64,000 nt of DNA from Aulosira sp. ZfuVER01. Lineage in GTDB: Bacteria > Cyanobacteriota > Cyanobacteriia > Cyanobacteriales > Nostocaceae. The notes under the pieces are model-generated. The model searched no databases. It was not told where the DNA came from and was given only the letters and a program-made list of their open reading frames with translations. The position numbers were made by a program, and so were the translations under genes. The stretch is taken from positions 64,001 to 128,000 of the forward strand of contig JAVRCV020000007.1 in assembly GCA_034530615.2 (NCBI GenBank), in the 5' to 3' direction. How positions within the stretch are numbered: the stretch's first letter is position 1; every line of letters begins with the position of its first letter. Below, one piece after another: positions 1-10,635 of the stretch.

Positions 1-1473
1 TCTGATATCCAACCAAACGATTGGGCATTCCAAGCGCTGCAATCGCTAGTAGAACGCTACGGCTGTATTGCAGGTTATCCCAATGGAACCTATCGCGGCA
101 ATCGTGCCCTAACTCGCTATGAATTTGCGGCGGGTTTAAATGCTTGCTTGAACCGAATTGGTGAGCTAATTACTACCAGTACTAGCGAGTTAGTCAGTAA
201 GCAAGACTTAGCAACATTGCAAAAGTTGCAGGAGGAGTTTACAGCCGAATTAACAACTCTGCGTGGACGAGTAGATACATTGGAAGCGCGCACAGCCACA
301 CTTGAACAGCAACAGTTTTCCACTACCACTAAATTAAATGCACAAATTATCACAGCCGTTAGCGATACCTTTGGTAACAGAGTCGGAGGCGATCGCGATG
401 AATCCAACGTCTTCTTTGCAACTCGCGGTCGTCTCCAATTAGAGAGCAGCTTTACAGGCAAAGATATGTTGCGAGTCCGCCTGGAGTTTGGCAACTTTGC
501 CAATTCCGATGGCAGTAGCCAGATTGCCACAGCCAGCGGCACAGGAATGACACGCCTGAATTTTGATAGCGACAGCAACAATACACTGTTTGTGCCTCAC
601 ATTCGTTACTATTTTCCAGTTAGTGATTCCCTCTCCTTCGTCGTCGGCCCGGTAGGTATTGGCTATAACGACATCACAGACAATGTGACTCCTGCGACTA
701 TTGCCGATGATGGTAACGGGATTCCCTCACTTTTTGGCAAAAACAGTCTGCTCTTCGAGCGAGGTGGGGGCGGTGCAGCCGTTAACTGGAATATCAGCAA
801 AGATTTGGTTCTGACCTTAGGCTATTTAGCCAATAGTCCCAATAACCCAGCACAGAAAAGTGGCTTATTTGATGGTGGCTACAACGCTCTAGCCCATCTC
901 GTGTATTACGGCAACCAAGCAGCTATTGGGGTCGCCTACTCTCATGGATATAACCCTGCTGGCACGGTTGATATCACAGGTGGTAGAGGCAGTGCCTTGT
1001 CAATTGCTCCCTTTGGCAACAACATTGCTACTTCCAACGATATCGTCGGTATGCAAGGATACTATCGCTTTTCGCCTAACTTCCAAATCCACGGTTGGGG
1101 TGGATATATGTGGGCAACTGCCGAGAGTTCTGGTTTCAGTAATATTTCTAATGGCAGAGGTGGAACCGATTCTTTGTTCGTTAACAATGGTGACAATGCT
1201 AATGCCTGGTTTGGGGCAGTAGGTCTATCTTTTCCAGATGTTGGGGGTAGGGGCAACCTACCGGGAATTCTTTTTGGTATCCCACCCCACGTTACCAATA
1301 GTGATGTGCGTCAAGAGAACGACAATGCTTACCATATCGAAGCTTTTTATCGCTGGCGGCTCAACGATAACATTTCTATGACACCTGGTTTCTGGGTAAT
1401 TCTCAACCCAGAAAACAATAGCAACAACGATACACAGTATGTCGGTGTATTGCGTACCACTTTCGATTTCTAA
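1..1473 (+). CDS. oprB: Carbohydrate-selective porin, OprB family, with N-terminal SLH domain (5' end lies before the window)
   Basis: Frame 1 is open from base 1: SDIQPNDWAFQALQSLVERYGCIAGYPNGTYRGNRALTRYEFAAGLNACL is the cyanobacterial porin SLH signature. It is followed by a coiled coil, FSTTTKL, and a C-terminal RTTFDF beta-barrel signal. It sits upstream of a sugar porter. Confidence 0.88.
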   Translation, partial: SDIQPNDWAFQALQSLVERYGCIAGYPNGTYRGNRALTRYEFAAGLNACLNRIGELITTSTSELVSKQDLATLQKLQEEFTAELTTLRGRVDTLEARTATLEQQQFSTTTKLNAQIITAVSDTFGNRVGGDRDESNVFFATRGRLQLESSFTGKDMLRVRLEFGNFANSDGSSQIATASGTGMTRLNFDSDSNNTLFVPHIRYYFPVSDSLSFVVGPVGIGYNDITDNVTPATIADDGNGIPSLFGKNSLLFERGGGGAAVNWNISKDLVLTLGYLANSPNNPAQKSGLFDGGYNALAHLVYYGNQAAIGVAYSHGYNPAGTVDITGGRGSALSIAPFGNNIATSNDIVGMQGYYRFSPNFQIHGWGGYMWATAESSGFSNISNGRGGTDSLFVNNGDNANAWFGAVGLSFPDVGGRGNLPGILFGIPPHVTNSDVRQENDNAYHIEAFYRWRLNDNISMTPGFWVILNPENNSNNDTQYVGVLRTTFDF

Positions 1474-1562
1474 ATCTATTGAGTCAATTAATCGAGATGC
1501 TAGTGTCTACGCGAATCAACCTATTTAGCAAATACTCTCACTATGTCTACGACATATAAACT

Positions 1563-2966
1563 ATGACATCTACTACTCGTCCTCGTCGGCAAGCAAACAC
1601 CTATTATGTCATCTTGATTGCGGGTGCTGCTGCCCTTGGTGGCTTTTTATTTGGGTTTGACACAGCTGTAATTAACGGTGCAGTTGTAGCTTTATCCAAA
1701 GCTTTTAACACTAGCAGTTGGGTGACTGGTTTTGCGGTCTCCCTCGCATTGCTGGGGTCTGCGGTTGGAGCCTTCTTTGCCGGACAGATTGCAGACCGTT
1801 ATGGTCGTGTTAAAGCAATGGTTGTAGCTTCGGCGTTGTTTACTATTAGTGCTATTGGTTCTGGGATTGCCTTTACTATTTGGGATTTTATCTTTTGGCG
1901 TTTATTAGGCGGAATTGCAGTTGGCGCTGCTAGTGTCATTGCACCAGCTTACATTGCAGAATGTTCTCCCTCGCACTTACGGGGAAGGTTAGGTTCTCTC
2001 CAGCAATTAGCGATTGTGGTGGGAATTTTTATTGCCCTACTGAGTGACTACTTTATTGCTGTGTCAGCAGGTTCAGCAGAGTCGCCGTTTTTGTTTGGTG
2101 TTGCAGCTTGGCGTTGGATGTTTTGGTCAGCAGTCCCGCCAGCAGTATTCTACGGGATGGCTGCTTTAACAATTCCCGAATCTCCTCGTTACTTAGTTGC
2201 CCAAAATCGGGAGTCAGAAGCGGCTAATGTTCTGAGCAAGATTTTGGGAGGTAATGTACAAGAAAAAATTGACGAAATTCGCCAAACAGTCATGCGAGAA
2301 CGCCGTCCCAACTTGTCTGACCTTTTAAGCAGAAGTGGGGGACTCCTACCAATTGTTTGGGTGGGAATAGGCTTATCTGTATTCCAGCAATTGGTTGGTA
2401 TTAATGTCATCTTCTACTACAGCAGTGTTTTGTGGCGAGCAGTTGGGTTCTCAGAAAAAAATTCGCTAACAATCACAGTTATTACAGGAGCCGTCAACAT
2501 TATTACTACCCTAGTTGCGATCGCCTTCGTAGATAAATTTGGTCGCAAACCCCTACTCATCTTAGGGTCAATCGGCATGACTGTGACCTTGGGAACGATG
2601 GCTTATATTTTTGGTCACGCTGCAACCGATGCTGCTGGTAATCCTACATTGACTGGTTCAGCAGGTACTATAGCTCTGTTCGCAGCTAACCTCTATGTAT
2701 TTTGCTTTGGGTTCTCCTGGGGTCCAGTGGTTTGGGTACTGTTGGGAGAAATGTTTAATAACAAGATTCGTGGGGCTGCGCTTTCTGTCGCTGCGGCCAT
2801 GCAGTGGATAGCGAATTTCGTTGTTTCCACGACATTTCCACCTATATTGCAATATTTCGGACTCGGTGCTGCCTATGGGGTGTATACAACTGCTGCGGCG
2901 ATCTCGCTCTTTTTCGTTTGGTTCTTTATTAGAGAAACCAAAGGAATGGAGTTAGAAGAAATGTAA
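1563..2966 (+). CDS. glcP: MFS sugar porter (glucose:H+ symporter)
   Basis: GGFLFGFDTAVING, DRYGR, PESPRYL, QQLVGINVIFYY, DKFGRK and ETKGMELEEM motifs; 12-TM pattern. Confidence 0.9.
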   Translation: MTSTTRPRRQANTYYVILIAGAAALGGFLFGFDTAVINGAVVALSKAFNTSSWVTGFAVSLALLGSAVGAFFAGQIADRYGRVKAMVVASALFTISAIGSGIAFTIWDFIFWRLLGGIAVGAASVIAPAYIAECSPSHLRGRLGSLQQLAIVVGIFIALLSDYFIAVSAGSAESPFLFGVAAWRWMFWSAVPPAVFYGMAALTIPESPRYLVAQNRESEAANVLSKILGGNVQEKIDEIRQTVMRERRPNLSDLLSRSGGLLPIVWVGIGLSVFQQLVGINVIFYYSSVLWRAVGFSEKNSLTITVITGAVNIITTLVAIAFVDKFGRKPLLILGSIGMTVTLGTMAYIFGHAATDAAGNPTLTGSAGTIALFAANLYVFCFGFSWGPVVWVLLGEMFNNKIRGAALSVAAAMQWIANFVVSTTFPPILQYFGLGAAYGVYTTAAAISLFFVWFFIRETKGMELEEM

Positions 2967-3000
2967 TTGACCTTAAGAGGTAAATTGCAAAAATTTTCAG

Positions 3001-3060
3001 GCAGATGCAGATTGAAATTCCCGACTTTATCTTAGAGGAAATTACCTGCATCTGCTTTTC
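3001..3060 (+). terminator. Stem-loop between glcP and galM (terminator or processing/stability element)
   Basis: GCAGATGCAG...CTGCATCTGC 10-bp inverted repeat followed by TTTT. Confidence 0.5.
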
Positions 3061-3132
3061 TTTCAGCTACAGTAATCCGATTTGATTCCTGAAATTATAA
3101 TTTCCCTATTTCAGCAAAATCATGTGTAAAAA

Positions 3133-4221
3133 ATGTCTACATCAGAAAATATTTCATCCCCAAACCCATCGGGAAATGGCAATCAAGAATTAAGCCTAGT
3201 TAAAGAAAGTTTTGGTGAAGTTGACAATCAAAAAGTTTATCTGTTTACATTTACCAATAAAAAGAGCGATCGCTTAAAAATTACCAACTATGGGGGCATC
3301 GTTACCGCATGGATTTCGACTGATAAAAATGGCAATAAATCGAGCATAGTTATAGGTTATAACAATCTAGATAATTACTTAGCAGAACCACCATATTTTG
3401 GAGCTTTAATTGGTCGCTTTGCTAATCGAATTGCTAAAGGTAAATTCCAACTACAAGGACAAACTTACTCTTTACCTACAAATAATGGCGAAAATCATCT
3501 GCATGGCGGTAACAAAGGCTTTGATAAAGTAGTGTGGGATGCAGAAATCATCAATGGCGACCCACCGACATTATTATTAAGTTATCTCAGTCAAGATGGT
3601 GAAGAGGGTTATCCTGGAAATTTACAAGTCACAGTTCGTTATAAATTTACAGATGATAATGAACTAGAAATTGAATATAATGCCGAGACAGACAAAGCTA
3701 CCCCGATTAATTTAACCAATCATTCTTATTTCAACTTAACAAGTGATGTCAGTAATTCAATTTTAAATCATACGCTGATGATTGAGGCGGATAACTACAC
3801 ACCTGTTGATAGTAATCTTATTCCTACAGGTGAAATCAAATCAGTAATAGGTACTCCTTTTGATTTTAAAACGCCTGAGAAGATTGGCACAAGAATTAAA
3901 GAGGCTGGTGGATACGATCATAATTATGTATTAAATCAAAAAGATAATTATGACAGACCAATAGTAATATTAACTGACGATATAAGTGGCAGAAAGCTGG
4001 AAGTATTTACAGACCAGCCAGGGATGCAGTTTTATTCGGGTAATATGCTGAATGGCGCATTTAAAACAGATGAAGGAAAAGCAATTGAACAACATGCAGC
4101 ACTATGTTTAGAAACGCAGCATTTTCCCAATTCTCCCAATGAGCCACGATTCCCATCTGCAATCATCAATCCTGGAGAGAAATATCATACAATAACCAAA
4201 TATAAACTTTCGCTTCAGTAA
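3133..4221 (+). CDS. galM: Aldose 1-epimerase (mutarotase)
   Basis: GRFANRI, NHLHGG, NLTNHSYFNL, GYDHNY and CLETQHFP motifs. Confidence 0.92.
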   Translation: MSTSENISSPNPSGNGNQELSLVKESFGEVDNQKVYLFTFTNKKSDRLKITNYGGIVTAWISTDKNGNKSSIVIGYNNLDNYLAEPPYFGALIGRFANRIAKGKFQLQGQTYSLPTNNGENHLHGGNKGFDKVVWDAEIINGDPPTLLLSYLSQDGEEGYPGNLQVTVRYKFTDDNELEIEYNAETDKATPINLTNHSYFNLTSDVSNSILNHTLMIEADNYTPVDSNLIPTGEIKSVIGTPFDFKTPEKIGTRIKEAGGYDHNYVLNQKDNYDRPIVILTDDISGRKLEVFTDQPGMQFYSGNMLNGAFKTDEGKAIEQHAALCLETQHFPNSPNEPRFPSAIINPGEKYHTITKYKLSLQ

Positions 4222-4259
4222 ATTAGTAATCAGAATAAAAAATAAAACCGCTCAACAAA

Positions 4260-5282
4260 TTAAACCCAGAATGTTACCTTAACTGATTGATTCGGCAATA
4301 ATCTTGGATCTTCTCCACGAGAAATTGCGGCGTGAATTGACTCGACAAATATATGAATAGTATCCGCAGGTGTATTAGAAAATTGATTTCCGTATTTTGC
4401 GATCGCTTCACCCTGAATACCTAAAATTTCAATGTCCTGTCTGATAATATGTTGAGCAGTCCAGCGCACAAACGGACGTGCTAGCTTATTCCAGATGCCG
4501 TAGTTGTAGGTAACATCTGTGTAAACCAAAGTAGAATTCTCGGTTTCTGGGATAGATTGACTGGTAATGAACAAATGGCGATTGCGTCCCATTTGATATT
4601 CCACAGAGGTAATATTGGGCATATAAAAGCGATCCCTATGTTTAATTTCAGCACCTTGACGATTGAGAAACCGACTATACCATCCCAAATTACTAGTTTC
4701 GTTGCGATACTCCACCACAACAGCACCATTTTCTCGTTCTACAGTCATCTCTAACTTTTGTTGGCGGGAGTTACGGAACACACCAGGATGCACAAAAGCT
4801 GTGTGGGGAATATCAATAAAATTCTCTGCACAATTGGTAACGTTATTCGCAAAACGGTTAATTACCCGCACCGTCTCCCAGCCTGGTTTTCCATAATAAG
4901 GCATAGAAAAGGGTGCAAACTCTTCACTTGGCGTGTCAGCTAACCGCACATATATATAACCATCTTGTTCTTTGATAGCGTAACGCTTTGCTTGACGCTG
5001 CTGGGAAGGTTTGAAATCATCTCCCTCAGCCGGAACAGCAATTACTTTACCATCGCCATCGTATACCCAACCATGATAAGGACATTGCAAAGCACCCTTA
5101 CAGACTTTACCAGGTGACAGACGGCTATTGCGATGCAAACAGCGATCGCGCAACGCCACAGCTTGTCCATCTTCACCACGAAATATTGCTAACCACTCTC
5201 CTAAAACAGTTCTTGCTAGTAGAGTGTTAGGTCTCAGTTGTTCACTGAGTGCGACAATATACCAAAAATCTGCAAATTGCAT
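4260..5282 (-). CDS. Rieske non-heme iron oxygenase (VanA/KshA-like alpha subunit)
   Basis: Rieske motif DRCLHR...CPYHGW and mononuclear-iron motif ENFIDIPHTAFVH. Confidence 0.88.
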   Translation of the reverse strand: MQFADFWYIVALSEQLRPNTLLARTVLGEWLAIFRGEDGQAVALRDRCLHRNSRLSPGKVCKGALQCPYHGWVYDGDGKVIAVPAEGDDFKPSQQRQAKRYAIKEQDGYIYVRLADTPSEEFAPFSMPYYGKPGWETVRVINRFANNVTNCAENFIDIPHTAFVHPGVFRNSRQQKLEMTVERENGAVVVEYRNETSNLGWYSRFLNRQGAEIKHRDRFYMPNITSVEYQMGRNRHLFITSQSIPETENSTLVYTDVTYNYGIWNKLARPFVRWTAQHIIRQDIEILGIQGEAIAKYGNQFSNTPADTIHIFVESIHAAISRGEDPRLLPNQSVKVTFWV

Positions 5283-5453
5283 GGTGGGTAGTGGCGGAAG
5301 AGAGCGATCGTATTTAAATTATGACGACCTCTCAAGCATAATTGTTAGGTTGCAAATGTTTTTGAGTATTCTTGAAGCATGAAAAAAACTAACACACATT
5401 AAAATGCTTGTTCATTAGAGAATAACAACATTTAATCGCAACATTAACCAAAT

Positions 5454-5744
5454 TTATCGTTCCAATCTGCGAATTTCGACATTAGCTGTAAGGTCAAGCT
5501 GACAGGCTAATCGTGCATGGGGATAAGTAGGAGCTAATGTATCAAGCATTTCTCGTTCATCGGGTTGGGGGGGAGGAATTTCACCAATAACCTCAACTAA
5601 GCAAGTTCCACAAATACCAGTCCGACAACCAAACAATACAGGTGAATTCTGAATAGTAAGTTGTTCAGATAAATTTTGATGAGGTTGTAAACTTATTGGT
5701 AGATAATCAGTTTCGGGAAAAGATATATTACAAAATTCAGACAT
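5454..5744 (-). CDS. 2Fe-2S ferredoxin (plant/adrenodoxin type); start probably MSEF at 5744
   Basis: FGCRTGICGTC...RLACQ cysteine pattern. Confidence 0.85.
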   Translation of the reverse strand: MSEFCNISFPETDYLPISLQPHQNLSEQLTIQNSPVLFGCRTGICGTCLVEVIGEIPPPQPDEREMLDTLAPTYPHARLACQLDLTANVEIRRLER

Positions 5745-6042
5745 ATATAAACAATCAGTACGCAGTTTATGATGGCTACTTCTCATTTATTTTAAATATA
5801 AAAAATGCATGGTCAATCTAGCAGATGCGATCGCAATCCTTGACTTATCAAACCCAGAATAAAGTCTTTTGATTTGGTATAAATTTTTGAAAAGCGATCG
5901 CCTGACTGTCACATACCCTGCCTCAAAATAATAGCAAGAATTCAAGTTAAAATCTGCACAGCATTAATCATTAATACTCTACAAATTCAGCTTTAGCGCT
6001 CCCTGCTCTCCTATTTTTTCACTTACACGCTTGATTCTTTAA

Positions 6043-6237
6043 TCAAACATCAACATTTATCTGTTCTATCTGTCTAGCAGCTTTCTCCCAACGCTTTGCG
6101 GAAGTTTCATCCTGCCAATGAGTTCTCATATTTTCTGCTTTTTTGTGACATATTCGCTCTAACATTTCTAAGATTGCGGATAATGTCAATTTGTCAATTA
6201 ATTCTTCTAAAATTTCCATATATTCTTTGTGCATCAT
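6043..6237 (-). CDS. Small hypothetical cyanobacterial protein (~64 aa)
   Basis: LEELIDKLTLSAILEMLERICHKKAENMRTHWQD resembles a recurrent cyanobacterial small-protein family; start taken at MMHKE. Confidence 0.65.
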   Translation of the reverse strand: MMHKEYMEILEELIDKLTLSAILEMLERICHKKAENMRTHWQDETSAKRWEKAARQIEQINVDV

Positions 6238-6653
6238 ATTTCTATCCTTAAGTTTCGTTGATAGATTCTGCCAAATGTGATGTAAATAAATGGCTGGTAG
6301 ATTCTCCAATAATTGATTAAGATTTGTTGCCCATACTTACCAATATTCTATACTTCTTATACATACAGTTTAGCCTATTTTGAATACTCAAATTTGAAAA
6401 TTTATTTTTAATAGATGGAAAAGCAAAAATACCACTTCCAACTATTAGAATATCTCAATCTACTTATCTTGACAAAAAGATAAGAATTCAGCACCCAAGA
6501 GTCAGCAGCCAGAATTTAAAGCTAATCTAGAAGATAGTAAATTGATTCATCAAATATTTCTCCTCATTCTTGAACCCTGCTGCCTTCTTAAAAGGCTTGC
6601 AGGCTGTGGGTGCTTAATAAATATTGACACAGGTATTACTTGGACAATGTCTT

Positions 6654-7769
6654 TCAGGCAATTGCTAAGTAATTTTTCACAATTTCCAAGATGTGCTCGG
6701 CTGCTTTACCATCGCCAAAAGGATTAATTGCGTTTGCCATAGTTTCATAGGCTACTGGGTTACTTAGCAACTCAGCCGCAGCCGCAACAATATTTTCACT
6801 TTGAGTTCCTACAAGTTTAGCTGTACCCGCAGCCACGGCTTCTGGCCTTTCTGTAGTTTCTCTAAGAACTAGTACAGGCTTACCAAGGCTGGGTGCTTCT
6901 TCTTGCAATCCACCAGAGTCAGTTAGTAAAAAGTGCGATCGCCCAATTGCACCTACCAATTCAGCATAATCTAAAGGTTCTGTCAAAAAAACGCGGGGAT
7001 GATCTCCCAAAAGTGCTTGCAATGGTTCTCTTACCGTAGGATTGCGGTGTAATGGTAGTAGCAAAGCTGTATCAGGAAACTTATCTAATATCTGTAAAAA
7101 CCCTTCGGCAATTCCTTGCAGTGGTTCTCCCCAATTCTCCCGCCGATGCACTGTTGCCAGCAGCGTGCGGTATGATGACCAGTCTAAACCTGGTATATTG
7201 CAAGCTGGTTGAGTCGCAGCTACATTTAACAGCGCATCAATTACAGTGTTACCCGTTAAATGAATTTCACCCAAAACGCCAGAATGCTGTAAGTTTTCTA
7301 CCGCCAGAGGAGTTGGTGCAAAGTGCAATTGAGTAAGTTGCGAAATCAGCCGTCGGTTAGCTTCTTCAGGATAAGGATTAAATAAATCATCAGTTCTTAA
7401 TCCAGCTTCCACATGACCTACAGGAATTTTTTGATAAAACGCCGCTAAAGCTGCGGCAAAAGCTGTAGTAGTATCTCCCTGGACTATGACTAAATCTGGT
7501 TTACTCTGATTAAATAAAGCTTCTAAACCTCGTAGACTGCGACAGGTAATGTCACTCAAAGATTGCTGAGGTTGCATAATCTCCAAGTTACCATCTGCTT
7601 TCAGGTTGAACAGCTGCATTACTTGCTCAACCATTTCCCGATGCTGTCCAGTCAGAATTACTTGCGACTCAAAATCTGGGGACCTTTGAAAGACTTGAAT
7701 TACCGGAGCTAGTTTAATCGCCTCCGGACGAGTACCTAAGATTATATAAACTCGTTTTTGATTAGTCAT
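6654..7769 (-). CDS. wecB: UDP-N-acetylglucosamine 2-epimerase (non-hydrolysing)
   Basis: GTRPEAIKLAP, VQGDTTT, HVEAGLRT, PEEANRR, DSGGLQEEAP and NPFGDG motifs. Confidence 0.95.
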   Translation of the reverse strand: MTNQKRVYIILGTRPEAIKLAPVIQVFQRSPDFESQVILTGQHREMVEQVMQLFNLKADGNLEIMQPQQSLSDITCRSLRGLEALFNQSKPDLVIVQGDTTTAFAAALAAFYQKIPVGHVEAGLRTDDLFNPYPEEANRRLISQLTQLHFAPTPLAVENLQHSGVLGEIHLTGNTVIDALLNVAATQPACNIPGLDWSSYRTLLATVHRRENWGEPLQGIAEGFLQILDKFPDTALLLPLHRNPTVREPLQALLGDHPRVFLTEPLDYAELVGAIGRSHFLLTDSGGLQEEAPSLGKPVLVLRETTERPEAVAAGTAKLVGTQSENIVAAAAELLSNPVAYETMANAINPFGDGKAAEHILEIVKNYLAIA

Positions 7770-7962
7770 TAGTCATTGGTCATGGGTCATTGGTCAATAG
7801 TCAATAGTGATGAAGAATTTCTCATCCGTCAATCCCTAAAATTTGGAGATGAAGGGTATTAAGAGAGAGAAAGCAGGGGGACAGGGGGAGCAGGAGAGGA
7901 TGAGGAAGATGAGGGGGAGCAGAACTAATGACCATTGCCCCATGCCCAATGCCCAATGACCA
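7762..7962. repeat. STRR-type short tandem repeats ((T[AG]GTCA[TA])n, purine-rich GGGAGCA, (ATGCCCA)n)
   Basis: Heptamer arrays read directly in the wecB upstream region. Confidence 0.8.
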
Positions 7963-7976
7963 AATTTATAAACATG

Positions 7977-7998
7977 AAAAAACCCGGCTTAACCGGGC
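7977..7998 (-). terminator. Rho-independent terminator of the 8026..8400 gene
   Basis: Minus strand reads GCCCGGTTAAGCCGGGTTTTTT. Confidence 0.75.
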
Positions 7999-8025
7999 AG
8001 ATGTACTGTTTGTCGAATTCAGCAA

Positions 8026-8400
8026 TTACATTTTGAGATCGCAAGTTAATGGGCAAGCAGCGTAGACAGTAGTCTGCATTTCTTCTGCTTCACCATGTAG
8101 CCAACTCAACCATTTGATTTGTTTTGGATGTACTCCCTTAGCAGTTAGTACTCCAGCAGCAAATAAAACTGCCAAAACATTAAACATAATCAAACCGCCT
8201 GCTACAAGCAAAACAGCACTAACAGGCATCACAGATTGCAGAACAATCGACAACAGACACCCGACCGTAGCCATCAAAACAACTAACGGAAATCCGACAA
8301 CCAACAAACAAACTGCCAATGTGAAAGTCCAGATCAAAAAACTCTTGATCATTAACAAGGAGTAGGTCTTTCCGAGATTAGAGCTTTCAGCCGAAACCAT
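8026..8400 (-). CDS. Hypothetical membrane protein
   Basis: Two to three long hydrophobic segments, C-terminal YAACPLTC, and its own terminator. Confidence 0.7.
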   Translation of the reverse strand: MVSAESSNLGKTYSLLMIKSFLIWTFTLAVCLLVVGFPLVVLMATVGCLLSIVLQSVMPVSAVLLVAGGLIMFNVLAVLFAAGVLTAKGVHPKQIKWLSWLHGEAEEMQTTVYAACPLTCDLKM

Positions 8401-9118
8401 GACTTTTCCTCCCAAAATACACAGCAAAAATTTAACTTCAGATATCTCGCTTTCACGAGTAAACTGAACTATTTAATTAGAAGTTAAGTATATAAAAACC
8501 TACTCCTAAGATGAGCATTTATTTACTAAAGTTTACAGTTAATTTTTTATAATTATGAATGTAAACTCCAGTTCACATATAGGTAAAAAGCTGGGGATCA
8601 GCATCTATCTGGAGGTATATAAGCTAAAATTTGTCTGCTTGACAGATATGTTGTAGACGCCTTACTTCGACTTTGCTTAACATTTCTTATAATAATAGAC
8701 TTTTGTTCTCATAATTCTGAGATGGGGCTGAATAAAATATCTGCTACTGTTTTTGCTGTTAATTGCTAACAAGTTTTGTCTGTGCCTAGATGAAATTTCT
8801 CATCTAAACACGGAAAAGTATTTACTATTAAAGCAAATGTTACTTTAAATACTTATTTAAAACAGAATATTTACTGATACTCACAAAGGTAGTGAGTATG
8901 TTAAACAGGATTATATTGAGCTTTAAAAAAACATTGAAATAATAGGTGAAAACAAGCTAGTAAAAAAAAATACTAAAAGTATTCATGAACATAAACTGAC
9001 TGTTGCTTTCACGTACTGAGCCAACAGACGCCGACTGCTATACCTTTAAGCCTCTTTAAGGCATCCACAAGTGACTTGTTTCTAATTTAATTTTTTGTTC
9101 GCCTCATTGTAAACATTT

Positions 9119-10441
9119 ATGACAGACTTACAGCGTCCACCAAGTTCCAACTCCGCTGCTACACGTCCTGCACCACCGCCACCACCAGCACCACCATTAC
9201 CACCGCCAGCGCCACCACCACCAACGTTAAGTACACAACGTCAGGCTACACAAACGCTTGATATGTCAAACTATCCTGGGGTTCCCCCAGCACCACCATC
9301 TACTTCTACACCTGTTGCGGCTCATCGTCCTGGTACTCCACCGCCAATTCCTAATGTTGCAGCTAACCAAAGCAACAGTTCGGGACTAAAATTAGAACAC
9401 CTGATTCAGGAAGCTTACGATAAAGGCTTTTCTGACGTTCACCTTGGTGTAGGTGAAATACCCCGCTTTCGCAACCGTGGCGAAATTGAGATAACGAATT
9501 ATCCACAAACAGACAAAGAAACTTTTGTGAGTTGGATGCGGGAGGTATTAACAGAAGGGGAAATTCAACGCTTTGAAGAACATTTAGAATTTGACGGTGC
9601 AACCCAGTACGACTTTGCTCGCGTGCGGATCAATATCTTCGACTCTTTAAGGGGCTATGCAATGGTACTGCGGTTAATTCCGCTAAAAATCTTAACAATG
9701 GAGCAATTGCGATTACCCGCTGTTTTTCGGGAGATCTGTCATGTTCATAAGGGTTTAATTTTGGTAACTGGGCCCACTGGTTCTGGTAAATCTACAACGA
9801 TGGCGGCAATGATTGACTACATCAATAAAGAAATGCCGAAGCACATCATTACCATCGAAGACCCAATCGAATTTGTCCACAAAAGCCAAAAATCGTTGAT
9901 TAAACAACGGGAAGTGGGAATGCACACCCGTAAATTTGATAACGCCTTAAAAGCAGCGTTACGGGAAGACCCAGATTTGATTCTAGTGGGTGAAATGCGG
10001 GACAAGGAAACAGTCAACACAGCGTTAAAAGCTGCTCAGACTGGTCACTTGGTAATGGGAACCCTGCACACGAATAGTGCGGTAAAAACCATTGAACGGA
10101 TATTAAATCTCTACTCTGGCGAAGAACAAGATGCTATGCGAGTGGCAATTTCTGAGTCTCTTGTTTCAGTCATTGCCCAAGGTTTGTGTCGCACGACTGA
10201 TGGTAAGCGTGCTGCATTCCACGATATCCTAATTAATACTGAGGCAGTTAAGGAATGGATCAAAGACGGTAAATATGATGAAATTACCGAACTGATGAAG
10301 CAAGCCAGTTTTGATGGGATGGTTACTATGAATCAGTCGTTGTATAACCTCTATCAAGACGGACGCATCACTGAAGAAACAGCCTTGGAAATGTCACCAA
10401 CTCCTAACGAAATGGCACAATTTCTCCGAGGACGAGTTTAA
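9119..10441 (+). CDS. pilT: Type IV pilus retraction ATPase PilT (PilT2-type with Pro-rich N-terminal extension)
   Basis: GPTGSGKSTT, TIEDPIE, ALREDPDLILVGEMRD and TGHLVMGTLHT motifs. Confidence 0.93.
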   Translation: MTDLQRPPSSNSAATRPAPPPPPAPPLPPPAPPPPTLSTQRQATQTLDMSNYPGVPPAPPSTSTPVAAHRPGTPPPIPNVAANQSNSSGLKLEHLIQEAYDKGFSDVHLGVGEIPRFRNRGEIEITNYPQTDKETFVSWMREVLTEGEIQRFEEHLEFDGATQYDFARVRINIFDSLRGYAMVLRLIPLKILTMEQLRLPAVFREICHVHKGLILVTGPTGSGKSTTMAAMIDYINKEMPKHIITIEDPIEFVHKSQKSLIKQREVGMHTRKFDNALKAALREDPDLILVGEMRDKETVNTALKAAQTGHLVMGTLHTNSAVKTIERILNLYSGEEQDAMRVAISESLVSVIAQGLCRTTDGKRAAFHDILINTEAVKEWIKDGKYDEITELMKQASFDGMVTMNQSLYNLYQDGRITEETALEMSPTPNEMAQFLRGRV

Positions 10442-10447
10442 CCAACA

Positions 10448-10603
10448 AAGGCAGAGGGCAGAAGGCAGAAGGCAGAAGGGAGCAGGGGGACAAGGAGGAC
10501 AAGGAGGACAAGGGAGTGTGGGGAGTTTTCTTCCCTATCTCCTCATCTTCCCCCAATACCCAAAGGGAACCCCAATGCCCAATGCCCCATACCCAATGCC
10601 CAT
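10448..10603. repeat. STRR cluster ((GGCAGAA)n, GGACAAGGA, (CCCAATG)n)
   Basis: Tandem 7-9-mers directly after the pilT stop codon. Confidence 0.8.
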
Positions 10604-10635
10604 AAGTGTTAAGTTCCCAATTTCCCTGAACTGAC

